A model generated the notes under the pieces. That model was not told where the DNA came from and did no database searches. It worked only from the letters and a program-made list of their open reading frames with translations. The position numbers and the translations under genes are program-made. A stretch of 64,000 bases of DNA from Candidatus Latescibacterota bacterium (GTDB taxonomy: Bacteria > Latescibacterota > UBA2968 > UBA8231): the NCBI GenBank assembly GCA_965248265.1, contig CBDFJF010000002.1, positions 800,001 through 864,000 of the forward strand. The letters run 5' to 3'. Below, one piece after another: positions 51,201 through 59,974 of the stretch (position 1 is the first letter of the stretch; each line of letters begins with the position of its first letter).

Positions 51201-51396
51201 CTTCGGCATGATGCCGCTGGTGGTCTTTCCCGGGGCCGGCTCCGAGCTCTACCGTGGGTTGGGGAGCGTCGTCATCGGCGGTCTGCTGCTGTCGACGGTA
51301 TTCACTCTGTTTTTGGTGCCAACGATCTTGAGTCTGGCCATGGATGCCCGTGCCTGGGCTCGCGGGATGAGCCGGCAAGCTAAGGCGGCTCAGTGA
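48243..51396 (+). CDS. RND efflux permease (AcrB family) with a frameshift at ~48272 near the 5' end
   Basis: MKLVQSSIQR / VVGIIFVALFG lie in different frames; GASPEEIE, GMLVDNAIV.LENI, ASTLTT, RPIFM, GG...ST..TL. Confidence 0.85.
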
Positions 51397-52724
51397 TGGG
51401 GGAGCGGCATCGGCACACGATCGTGGTGACTGCAATGGCTGTCTCTTGTTGGTTGGCGCCTGCCGGTGGGGAGGATGCGCTGGTGTTGACGACGGAGTCC
51501 GGCGTACGACTCGCCCTCCAGCACAACGAGCGCATCATGATGGCGCGTTCGGACCGGATCAAAGCGGATGAGAATGCCAGGGAAGCACGGGCAGATGGAC
51601 TGCCACAGCTGGACGCCCATGTCGATTACGATCGCAACTGGCTGTTGCCGTCTTTCGTCTTCAACGACAACCGGTTTTCTATTGGCAATGACAACAATCT
51701 GACGGGCTCATTGCGGCTGACGCAGCCGCTGTACCGGGGGGGAGGCATTCGAGCACAGGTAAAGGCTGCCCAGCTGGAGGTACAATACGCCCGTGAAGTC
51801 GAAAGGGCCGTTCGCCAACAGCTCACGGCTGAGGTTGAGGCTATGTTCTACGAGTACCTGCTGGCTGCCGAGTTGGCCAGAGTGAGTGACCTGTCTGTCG
51901 CGCGCGCGCGCTCCAACCTGACGCGGGTCGAGGCTCTACGCCGGGCCGGGCAGGTCTCCGAATACGACCTGCTGCGGGCGCGGGTCCAGGTTACCGTGGT
52001 CAGTACGGACTCGCTGAGCGCGCGCACCGATGTCGCCAAGGCGAAGGTCAGGCTGCTGGATCGGTTAGGGCTGGATCTGCAGCGCGCGGTCAGGATAGAA
52101 ACCCGGTTCCGAACCGAAAGTGGGCTCGCCGGTACAGCCATGGACAGCCTGCTGGGCGTCGGCGTCAGGCGCAGGCCGGAAGCGCTACAACTGGCTCAGC
52201 TGATAAGATCTCGCGAACGCCAGATCCAGGTTGAGAAGGCCGAAGGGCGTCCCCGGGTTGATCTGGTGGTGGATGGTCAGATGCAGTATCAGGAAGATGA
52301 TCTGGATTTGAGCGACCCGGATCAGTGGCAGCGCAGTTGGTCGACCGGTGTCAGGGTGGAAGTGCCGATTTTCGACGGAAAACGGTCCGGGGCCCGCACG
52401 GCGCAGGCGAGGGAGGAAACCGTGCGATTGGGCTACGAGCGGCGCCAGCTGGTGCGCGGTATCGAGCGTGAAATCACCGAGGCCTGGATGGATTGGCAGG
52501 AGTCGTTGGCGCGAGAAGGGGCCAGCCGCGGGACGGTTCAGCAGGCGACCTCCGGGCTGGGTGTCGCCCAATCCCGCTATCAGGCCGGGGCTGGCACCCA
52601 GCTGGAGATTCTCGACGCCCAACTGCTGCTGGTGCAGGCCGAGTCAGACCTGGCTGTGGCCCAGCGCGACCGGGCTCTGGCGATCGTCGAACTCGAGCGC
52701 GCCGTCGGTGTCCTGGGGGAGTAG
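51396..52724 (+). CDS. TolC-family outer-membrane efflux protein
   Basis: ALQHN, LPQL, LTQPLYRGG, RRPE, VPIFDG, RYQAG.GTQLE.LDAQ. Confidence 0.88.
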   Translation: MGERHRHTIVVTAMAVSCWLAPAGGEDALVLTTESGVRLALQHNERIMMARSDRIKADENAREARADGLPQLDAHVDYDRNWLLPSFVFNDNRFSIGNDNNLTGSLRLTQPLYRGGGIRAQVKAAQLEVQYAREVERAVRQQLTAEVEAMFYEYLLAAELARVSDLSVARARSNLTRVEALRRAGQVSEYDLLRARVQVTVVSTDSLSARTDVAKAKVRLLDRLGLDLQRAVRIETRFRTESGLAGTAMDSLLGVGVRRRPEALQLAQLIRSRERQIQVEKAEGRPRVDLVVDGQMQYQEDDLDLSDPDQWQRSWSTGVRVEVPIFDGKRSGARTAQAREETVRLGYERRQLVRGIEREITEAWMDWQESLAREGASRGTVQQATSGLGVAQSRYQAGAGTQLEILDAQLLLVQAESDLAVAQRDRALAIVELERAVGVLGE

Positions 52725-52740
52725 GCCGGCTATTTTTTCG

Positions 52741-52769
52741 TTGCCGATAACCCGGTGAGCCCCTATACT
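52741..52769 (+). promoter_or_regulatory. Sigma70 promoter of csp2
   Basis: TTGCCG-17 nt-TATACT. Confidence 0.65.
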
Positions 52770-52774
52770 ATACG

Positions 52775-52930
52775 CCATCGGCCTCGGACCATTTTGGCCG
52801 GGGCAAAACCACAAGCTCCACAAGTTGGCAGTCGTACTTAAGCTGTACTGAGTTAGTCCTAACCCCAGTCCAGTGTAAGCACCCTGTTTCAACGTTGCAC
52901 CCTGCACAAGGGGAAAGGATAGACTCAGCT
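52775..52930 (+). ncRNA. Structured 5' leader of csp2 (candidate cis-regulatory RNA)
   Basis: Shares a motif with the csp1 leader; CTGAGTTAGTCCTAACCCC (52848-52866) can pair with GGGGAAAGGATAGACTCAG (52910-52928). Confidence 0.6.
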
Positions 52931-53140
52931 ATGGCACGTGAAACCGGAACCGTAAAATGGTTCAATGATGCCAAGGGTTTTGGATTCATCGAGCGTGGCG
53001 ACGGTGGCGACGTGTTCGTCCACTTCAGCGCCATTCAGGGCGAGGGCTTCAAGACGCTGACCGAGGGTCAGCAGGTCGAATTCGACGTCGTCGAAGGGCA
53101 GAAGGGTCCTGCCGCCGAGAACGTTTCGGCACCTGCGTAG
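52931..53140 (+). CDS. csp: Cold-shock protein (CSD)
   Basis: [24 protein letters not shown]; 69 aa. Confidence 0.95.
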   Translation: MARETGTVKWFNDAKGFGFIERGDGGDVFVHFSAIQGEGFKTLTEGQQVEFDVVEGQKGPAAENVSAPA

Positions 53141-53166
53141 ATCGATCCGAAGTAAAGCTGTAACTG

Positions 53167-53198
53167 GGCGATGTGTGGAAACGCACATCGCCTTTTTT
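53167..53198 (+). terminator. Rho-independent terminator
   Basis: GGCGATGTGT-ggaaac-GCACATCGCC-TTTTTT. Confidence 0.88.
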
Positions 53199-53651
53199 GT
53201 TCTGGATTGCGGTGGGTGGCTCGGTCTGCACTGCGCTGGGTGGCCTATGTTCGGGCCCCGGAGCCTGCGGCACATCCAAGCAACTCGGGGCCATCACTCA
53301 ACCTGACAGCTGAGGGGGGATCGACCGCAGGGGATCTCAACTCAAGAGATCCGCGTAGACTTTGCGTGTTTGAGTAGCCGGATGGCAAGTGATGATGGAG
53401 GCCAGAACGGTCACCGTCCATCACGGCAGATGGCATGGCACCGGGGAAGCATCTATCGCGGTGCGTGGGACAAAGAGCTGGCGTGTGAAGGAATTGACAC
53501 ACCACTGTAGGCTGGCAGATACACTCATGGAGCAGCCGCGCAGGAGGGGCCAGATGGAGGGCAAGTGTGGACCGTTGCTTGCTCACCAGCAGGCACGCCA
53601 GCCCAAAACACGCTCTCGACAACACAATCCGCCCCATCTAAACTAGCGATA

Positions 53652-55025
53652 ATGTGCGTTATTTTTCCTATCCGTCCTCAAACGCAAAGGCACTGCTGGC
53701 AACGGCTGTTCGACCCGGTCGACTGCTCGTCGCTGGTGGTTTTCCGGATTCTGTTCGGCGCCATCATGGTCTGGGAGGTCTGCCGCTACTTCAGCAAGGA
53801 CTGGATCCGCAAATACTACATAGCTCCAGATTTCCATTTCAAGTACTACGGTTTCTCCTGGGTAGAGGCATGGTCCGGAGACGGCATGTATTGGCAATTC
53901 GCCGCGCTGGGCGTGCTGGCGCTGCTGCTGACCGTCGGCTTTCTGTACCGGGCTACTGCGGTCCTGTTTTTTCTCGCGTTCACGTACGTGTTCCTCCTCG
54001 ACCAGACGCGCTATCTCAACCATTTCTACCTGACCAGTCTCCTGTTGTTCCTGCTCGCGATCATACCCGCTCATCGGGGTGTGTCCGTGGACGCTCGTTT
54101 GTGGTCCGGACTGCGCGGGCAAACCGTTCCGCGCTGGTCGGTCTGGCTGCTGCGCTTTCAGATCGGTCTCGTCTACTCCTACGCGGCGGTGGCCAAGATG
54201 AACCCGGACTGGCTCCGTGGCGAGCCGATGGGGATGTGGCTGGCCGAGCGCTCGGACTACCCGATCCTCGGAGAGCTGTTCGTTCACGAATGGGCCGGTT
54301 ACGTGGCAGCTTACAGCAGCCTGGCGTTCGACTTGATGATCACACCGCTCATGCTCATGCGCAGAACAAGGCTCATCGGCTTCGTGTGGGCTGTGTCCTT
54401 CCATTTGATGAACGTCTGGCTGTTCTCGATCGGGATTTTCCCGTGGATGGCGATCGTCGCCACCACCGTGTTCTTCGAACCCGGCTGGCCGCGCCGGATC
54501 ATCCCATGGCTCTCGCGGGCTGAACGGCCCGAATCCGCGCCACGGCAGGCCACCCCGCGCCTGCGCGAGACTGCGATCAAAAGTTTCCTCGCATTGTGGG
54601 TCGCACTTCAGACCCTGGTGCCCCTGCGGCATTTTCTGTACCCCGGCAACGTCAATTGGACCGAAGAGGGCCATCGTTTTGCGTGGCACATGAAGCTGCG
54701 AGACAAAAGTTCGCGAATAGAGCTCACTGCGACGGATTCCGCCACCGGCAAGGATTGGAAAATCGACCTAAGTGAGTACCTGACGCGAAAACAGAAATCA
54801 AAGATGTCCAGGCGTCCGGATATGGTCGTCCAGATCGCCAAGCACATCGCTGCGGATTACGAAGAGCAGGGAGTGGCGGATATAGGGATAACGAGCCGAG
54901 TCATGGTCTCACTCAACGGACGTCGGCGGCAGCTGCTCATCGACCCCGAGGTCGACCTGACGAAAGTCGAGCGCTCACTCGCTCACAAGAAATGGCTGGT
55001 GCCCCTCACGGAGCCGTTGCGGTAG
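53652..55025 (+). CDS. HTTM-domain protein, vitamin K-dependent gamma-glutamyl carboxylase-like
   Basis: L..FRILFG, F.FKYYGFSWV, YLNHFYL, VY.YAAVAKMNPDWLRGEPM, FHLMN..LF.IGIFP, WTEEGHRFAWHMKL, SLNGR..QLLIDP.VDL. Confidence 0.85.
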   Translation: MCVIFPIRPQTQRHCWQRLFDPVDCSSLVVFRILFGAIMVWEVCRYFSKDWIRKYYIAPDFHFKYYGFSWVEAWSGDGMYWQFAALGVLALLLTVGFLYRATAVLFFLAFTYVFLLDQTRYLNHFYLTSLLLFLLAIIPAHRGVSVDARLWSGLRGQTVPRWSVWLLRFQIGLVYSYAAVAKMNPDWLRGEPMGMWLAERSDYPILGELFVHEWAGYVAAYSSLAFDLMITPLMLMRRTRLIGFVWAVSFHLMNVWLFSIGIFPWMAIVATTVFFEPGWPRRIIPWLSRAERPESAPRQATPRLRETAIKSFLALWVALQTLVPLRHFLYPGNVNWTEEGHRFAWHMKLRDKSSRIELTATDSATGKDWKIDLSEYLTRKQKSKMSRRPDMVVQIAKHIAADYEEQGVADIGITSRVMVSLNGRRRQLLIDPEVDLTKVERSLAHKKWLVPLTEPLR

Positions 55026-55239
55026 TTTCTACGTTGCTGCCTAGCCTGGACACAGGAGAATTCCACACACACATGCCAAGGCCAGTGTCCATACCCGGGA
55101 TGACGACTGTCTGCTCGATCTGGCCCTGCAACAGTGGAACTCAAGCACTCGCATCAACGACGACAGAATTTCCCATCGTGCCAAGCATCAGGAGTTTTGA
55201 GATACCGGTGCCGTTCCAGACTGGGAATCTACAACCAGC

Positions 55240-55776
55240 ATGAGTGACTTCGCAGTCTCTCAGATTCTGGCAGCGATCGCCTTCATGCTCGGGCTGGCGT
55301 CGGTCCAGTTCAAGACGCGGCGGGCCATACTTCTGTGTCTCGTTGTCTCCGCTGTATTCAACAGCGCCCACTTCTTTGTCCTGCATCGGCCCGGGCCGGG
55401 GGCGCTGCTGCTGTTGACCGGGATGCGTCAATTCGTGGCCGTCCGCACCATCGACCGCAGGGTTCTCCTGTTTTTTCTCGTCGCTACAGCTGCCGCTTTT
55501 CTTTCCACCTTCGAAACACGACTCAGCTTCGTGGCGCTTTGCGGTACCCTGTTGGGGACGTTCGGCTCCTTCCAGCCGGCGGGGCGAAAAGTCAGGCTGT
55601 TCTTCATGGGGGGTGGCGTCGCCTGGCTGATTCACAACATTCTGGCGTGGACGCCCGTGGGGATCGTCATGGAGGCGTCGCTGCTGGCCAGCAGCATGGT
55701 GGGGTACTGGCGTCATGAACGCGGCGGGCAGAGCGGTCAGAAGGTCGGTGGATCCAACGTCATTCAAGGTGATTGA
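55240..55776 (+). CDS. YgjV-family inner-membrane protein
   Basis: SQIL, S.QFK.RR, AHF..L....GA, R, WLIHN...T..G...E. Confidence 0.7.
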   Translation: MSDFAVSQILAAIAFMLGLASVQFKTRRAILLCLVVSAVFNSAHFFVLHRPGPGALLLLTGMRQFVAVRTIDRRVLLFFLVATAAAFLSTFETRLSFVALCGTLLGTFGSFQPAGRKVRLFFMGGGVAWLIHNILAWTPVGIVMEASLLASSMVGYWRHERGGQSGQKVGGSNVIQGD

Positions 55777-55799
55777 TTAAGAGACCGCAGGGCAACGAT

Positions 55800-56144
55800 A
55801 TGAGACTGACGGCAGAGCAGCTCAACCATTTTGAGACATTCGGCTTTCTGATTTTCCGACAGCTGCTCACAGGAGAGGAGATGGCGCTCTACGGCCGCGA
55901 GTTCGACACGGCACTTGATTCTTGGACGGACGAAGGCCAGCACGATCGCAAGAAGCGGCATTACGCTTCGCTGATGGAGCAGGAGTCGCCGTTCATCGCC
56001 TCCCAGGCCGATGACTCGCGCTTCGGTGACGTCGCCGAGCACCGCCCGCTGACGCGTGAGGGAAAATCAGCTCCAGCTCGACACAAAGTCGGCGGCCTCG
56101 ACAGGTTCCAGTACATCCTCGAAGAAGTACTACATCGGACCTGA
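55800..56144 (+). pseudogene. Truncated phytanoyl-CoA dioxygenase (PhyH)-like N-terminus
   Basis: MRLTAEQLNHFETFGFLIFRQLL is a typical PhyH start; family-like sequence ends at ~56040, before any HxD motif. Confidence 0.55.
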
Positions 56145-56411
56145 CTGGTACCCGGGAATGAAATACTCCTCCGTGTGCAACAACCGGGCGTCGATGATAG
56201 CTTGTCGTGGCTAGGAGGTGGCCACGCTAGTCACTGACGGCATTAATTCGTGAGTCCTGAGGTGTCCTGGCTGGAACAACCGTGCCACGCAGAATTCCGG
56301 GCATTGGTCTTCCAATGCGATGGGCGCCAATGGTGGTCACGCAGTCAAAGGAGCCGGGCGTCGAACACCTGGAGATTAACTGGGAAGGAGAATCCGATCA
56401 CCCTTTATCGA

Positions 56412-56444
56412 GCAGGTCGGTGCATCGGGAGTGGACCGACCTGC
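56412..56444. terminator. Hairpin downstream of the metallohydrolase gene
   Basis: GCAGGTCGGT...ACCGACCTGC 10-bp stem; no clear U tract on the minus strand. Confidence 0.4.
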
Positions 56445-56453
56445 AGGTTTTCC

Positions 56454-57896
56454 TCAACTCAAGAGGTCCGCGTACACCTTGCGGCCCTCGGCGAACAAAT
56501 GAAGGACCTCTTCCCGCTGTTCGTCCTTGGTGAAGCGGGCGTAGGCTTTGATCTGCACGTGGGCGTCGTCGATGGCTTGCTGGAAGAAGATGGCGGCCTC
56601 CTTAGCTGCGGATGGAGGCATGCCCGAGCCGATGTAGACGGGGCTGGTGTGGGCGTAGACGGGTTGGTCGAAGCTGTCACGGGACTCGCCGTAGGCGCGG
56701 GCGGCCAGCCAGCCGTCTCGCTCTGAGGGGATGTCTATTTCCAACGTGCCCTTGCGTTGTTCGGTCTGCTCTGATAGCACCCTGCTGTGAACGACCTGGC
56801 CGTCGGCGACTACCTCAATTCGATTCAGCGGGTAGTGGGAGGTCCACTCTACTTTAGTGGACAGCCGGCCTGATGATGGCGCGGCATTCAGCGTGCTGCC
56901 CGGTGCCTGGCCTTCCACTTCGAACAGCAGTGCTGGGCCGTTGGTGATGAAAGTTCTGCCGGCCTGCAAACCACGTAGCCAACTCTCGTAGTTGAAGGAT
57001 TCCCCCGTCTGCACGTAGACCCGGTTGTTGGAGCAGATGAACCAGTCCGACCCTGTCGAAGCGGGCAAATGGATGCCGCAGTTGAGTAATAGGTACCAGG
57101 TGTCGTACTCCTTCTCTTTCCAGCAGGGGTCGAACAGATTGAAGGCGTCGAGCTTTCCGAGAGCGGCGGCAACCGGTACTTCCATGCCGCGCCCATTGTG
57201 GCACCATATCACCACGCCTCCCTGGGTGCGGGCGTCGTCGCAGGCGTAGCACAGGGGTGGGTAGTCGGGATCGAAGGCGCTGATGAGATCGCCACGGCTC
57301 ACCGGTTCGACCAGGTTTCTCAGATTCAGCAGCATGACGTGTCCGTAGCCGCCGCCGTGGCTGGAATTGTGGCGGGTCTCCTCGCCGCATATCACCTGCC
57401 GGTGGTCGGTGGAGAAGTCGGTCATGAAGCCGACGGGGTACTTGTTGCTGGCGTAGGGGATTTCGCCGCGTTGAAGTACGCTGATGGCGGTGACGCTCAA
57501 GTCGTGAACGGCCGGGTCGAGTTGCAGGCGCAGGTCCGGGTTTGCCTCCAATTCGTTGTAATGGATGTGGGTGTTGCCGGGGTACCACTGGCGTGAGGGT
57601 AGATCAATCCAGCGCTCGAGGAGCATCTCGACTTCGATTGTGCCTTTGGCGGGCATGGAAACGACGCGTCGCAAGGGGCGGTACTCGGTGCCGCGCTCGG
57701 CGATGACATCGGTGGAGCCGCGTTGGGCGTTTAGGCTGAATTCACCAGGGCAATAGAAGAACGGCATGCCGGGACCGACCTTGCAGACGCTGTCGGCGGG
57801 TTGCAGAAAGCGCCCGCCGGAGCTCAGCACGTGCACCTTGGCTTCGATGGGAGCGCCTGAGACGGCGTCGCGGATGGTGACCTTCAGCGTAGCCAT
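56454..57896 (-). CDS. CehA/McbA-like PHP-domain metallohydrolase
   Basis: ERGTEY, W..GNTHIH, GEE.RH..YGH, WCH, WY..LNCG...PASTGSD, GRTFITNGP, AHTSPVY. Confidence 0.78.
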   Translation of the reverse strand: MATLKVTIRDAVSGAPIEAKVHVLSSGGRFLQPADSVCKVGPGMPFFYCPGEFSLNAQRGSTDVIAERGTEYRPLRRVVSMPAKGTIEVEMLLERWIDLPSRQWYPGNTHIHYNELEANPDLRLQLDPAVHDLSVTAISVLQRGEIPYASNKYPVGFMTDFSTDHRQVICGEETRHNSSHGGGYGHVMLLNLRNLVEPVSRGDLISAFDPDYPPLCYACDDARTQGGVVIWCHNGRGMEVPVAAALGKLDAFNLFDPCWKEKEYDTWYLLLNCGIHLPASTGSDWFICSNNRVYVQTGESFNYESWLRGLQAGRTFITNGPALLFEVEGQAPGSTLNAAPSSGRLSTKVEWTSHYPLNRIEVVADGQVVHSRVLSEQTEQRKGTLEIDIPSERDGWLAARAYGESRDSFDQPVYAHTSPVYIGSGMPPSAAKEAAIFFQQAIDDAHVQIKAYARFTKDEQREEVLHLFAEGRKVYADLLS

Positions 57897-57965
57897 ATGC
57901 TACTCCTGTCCTGGTGACTGCTCGATCATCAATCGGCTGTCGCGCTCTTGTCGATGCAGACGCTG

Positions 57966-58217
57966 CTAACGCCACAGCTCCTGGTCTATGTGCTCAAAAA
58001 TCCGGGTGTGTTCGTCGAACTCATCGGATTCCTGCGCACTCCACGTGCCAGCGATCGCTGAAAGATCGCGCTTCTTCTGATCTAAGCGGTCGAGCCCTAC
58101 CGTTTGCTTTAACAGCCTGATCACCGTCTTGTTCATGCTCTCTCCCGCCAAACTGGCACGCGACTCGATTCCCTGCTGAAGATCATCGGGATTCGAGCAA
58201 ATCGTCATCTGCCTCAT
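57966..58217 (-). CDS. Ribbon-helix-helix antitoxin-like protein (FitA/VapB type), orphan
   Basis: M..MTI...PDDL....RA...G.SMNK.VI.LL...DLS.IAGTWS..EF.....ID.ELWR pattern. Confidence 0.6.
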   Translation of the reverse strand: MRQMTICSNPDDLQQGIESRASLAGESMNKTVIRLLKQTVGLDRLDQKKRDLSAIAGTWSAQESDEFDEHTRIFEHIDQELWR

Positions 58218-58426
58218 CTTGTGTCTTCAAAGTGCACGCAAACGTGCTGTCGTTCAATATACCAACACTCACTCGTTAGTAATGCCGTCCTCGCCGGATT
58301 CCAGAAAAGGAGGCGAATGAGTGCGGGCTGCCATTGCACTGGCAGCGACATGGTTGATGTTTAAGGGCTGTTTTCCGTTTCCGCTCATGACAGCTACTCA
58401 ACCAACATCGAAGGGCATGAATCACT

Positions 58427-59620
58427 ATGGCACAGGTCAGCATCATCCGTCACAATCCGATCGCGATTTTTTCCAATCCCACCGAGGTCATCGTTAAGGA
58501 TGACCACAATAACGTCTTCCGCCTGGTGGAGCCGAGTGGCAATGTCGGCACCCAGTACCCCGCTGAGGTTGGTTCTGAATGGTTTGGCACGATCGAGAAT
58601 CTGAACGCAGGCCTGGAAGCGTGCGGCCTGAACTGGTCCGACGTCTACAAGACCGACGTCATGTGGACGACTCCCTCCAGCGATTTTGACGAGTGTGACG
58701 AGCGCAAGAACGCCTTCAACGCGGTGTACGGGGCGATGATCAGAGCGGCTACGGTTGGACCGATGGGTTCCAATCGCATGGCGCGGTTCACCCATCCTGA
58801 GGGATTCCCCGATCCCAGAGCGTTGTTCGAGGTGCAGATCAAGGCGATCAGGGGCGCCAATGTGACGTTTTCGGGGGGGACCATCGACTATGGCTACTGG
58901 GTCGATCACCAACCCGGCGGCAAGACCGTCATGCATAAGAAAGGGGACGAGTTGATCGACACTCTGGGTGGAGACCTCACTGAGGAGACGAGGTTCGTTC
59001 TGGAGCAGCAGTTTGAGCAGCAGTTCGCTGAAAACGGCGTCGACATGAGGAAGCAGACCGCCTGGATTGAAATACTCGTTGCCGCCGATCTCGCTCCCGA
59101 CAAGATCTGGGAGAACATCGAGACTGTTCGAGCATTGACCTCAGAATTCTACGGGGATCATCCCCCAGCCGGGATCATCTATCCGGTTTCTCGCCTGCCC
59201 AATCTGCGGGGATATATCGAGATCCAACCGCGCATGGTATCTGGGGACATCGAGATCGTGCGTTCAGGTGAGCAAGCGGATGGGTTCAGCACCTGGACAG
59301 CCCTCAAGTACGGTGGCGTTACTGAGGTAATGCTGAGTGCGGTTGGCGGGGATGACGCCAGCAAGATTTTGAGCACCCTCGACGCCCGCATCGTGGAAGC
59401 GGGCGGCACCGGTCTCAAGGAAGATGCCATCTTCAACAACGCCTACATCAGCGCCGGCGACGATTCAACAGCAAATCGGGCGTGGATTCAGGAGTTCAAC
59501 GGTTCGTTCAGCGCCTACTACGAGGGCACGGCGCCCGCCGGGCGCACGGCGCAGTTCGTCGGGGGTGTGCAGCAGCCTGACCACAAGTCGGGTATCTCCA
59601 GCAGGGCCATTTTCGCCTAG
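58427..59620 (+). CDS. Hypothetical protein with three tandem Rid (YjgF/YER057c/UK114)-like domains
   Basis: SGNVG..IENL.AGLEACG...SDVYKT.V..AFNAVY..MAR...P...LFEVQ.KA; DLTEETRFVL..FYGDHPPA...VSRLP...IEI; MLSAVGG..IL......EAGG..EFN.....Y....PAGRT...V. Confidence 0.55.
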   Translation: MAQVSIIRHNPIAIFSNPTEVIVKDDHNNVFRLVEPSGNVGTQYPAEVGSEWFGTIENLNAGLEACGLNWSDVYKTDVMWTTPSSDFDECDERKNAFNAVYGAMIRAATVGPMGSNRMARFTHPEGFPDPRALFEVQIKAIRGANVTFSGGTIDYGYWVDHQPGGKTVMHKKGDELIDTLGGDLTEETRFVLEQQFEQQFAENGVDMRKQTAWIEILVAADLAPDKIWENIETVRALTSEFYGDHPPAGIIYPVSRLPNLRGYIEIQPRMVSGDIEIVRSGEQADGFSTWTALKYGGVTEVMLSAVGGDDASKILSTLDARIVEAGGTGLKEDAIFNNAYISAGDDSTANRAWIQEFNGSFSAYYEGTAPAGRTAQFVGGVQQPDHKSGISSRAIFA

Positions 59621-59636
59621 TACAGACGGTTTACCG

Positions 59637-59665
59637 CCTACCCGTCTGTCCCGCAGGCGGGTAGG
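59637..59665. terminator. Stable hairpin after the Rid-like gene
   Basis: CCTACCCGTCTG...CAGGCGGGTAGG inverted repeat; no U tract. Confidence 0.45.
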
Positions 59666-59757
59666 TACACGGCGCTTCAGCCCGTAGTTATTCCCCGGAA
59701 TACACTGGCTTCTATTCCAGAAGCACCTATACCCACTGTTGACTATCCGTACCAAAT

Positions 59758-59899
59758 TGGCAACTGTTACTAGCACATGTTGCTGAATCCAGGTGTGCGA
59801 GGCAAAGACCCCGACACCCGGATAAAACTTCAAGTCTTGTAATTTCAATAGATTAGGAAAAAACTCTGGCGAATTTCAGCATCCGGCATTCCACTTGCC
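59758..59899 (+). promoter_or_regulatory. Sigma54 promoter with IHF-like site and upstream activator motif
   Basis: CGGCATTCCACTTGC (GG 59885-6, GC 59897-8, 10-nt spacing); TTTCAATAGATTA at 59843; 25-bp motif at 59758 shared with 63424. Confidence 0.7.
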
Positions 59900-59974
59900 T
59901 TAGTTTCTTCTGCAGGTGACGCATATGGATTGAGTGCGTCACCTTCTCCAGTCTCACCCTAACACAGAGACATC

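Noticed and set aside
53484-53499. CRP-like site or -35 box TGTGAAGGAATTGACA upstream of the HTTM gene
   Set aside because: Imperfect dyad, single occurrence and no correctly spaced -10; could be chance.
55073-55243. 56-aa ORF between the HTTM and YgjV genes as a carboxylase substrate peptide
   Set aside because: Not Glu-rich, no signal or leader features, and poor RBS spacing.
58306-58400. Strong AAGGAGG RBS followed by short ORFs (MSAGCHCTGSDMVDV, or GTG-start MRAAIALAATWLMFKGC...)
   Set aside because: The ATG is too close to the SD, and the GTG frame runs out of frame into the next gene with a non-canonical lipobox. It may be a relic but cannot be supported.
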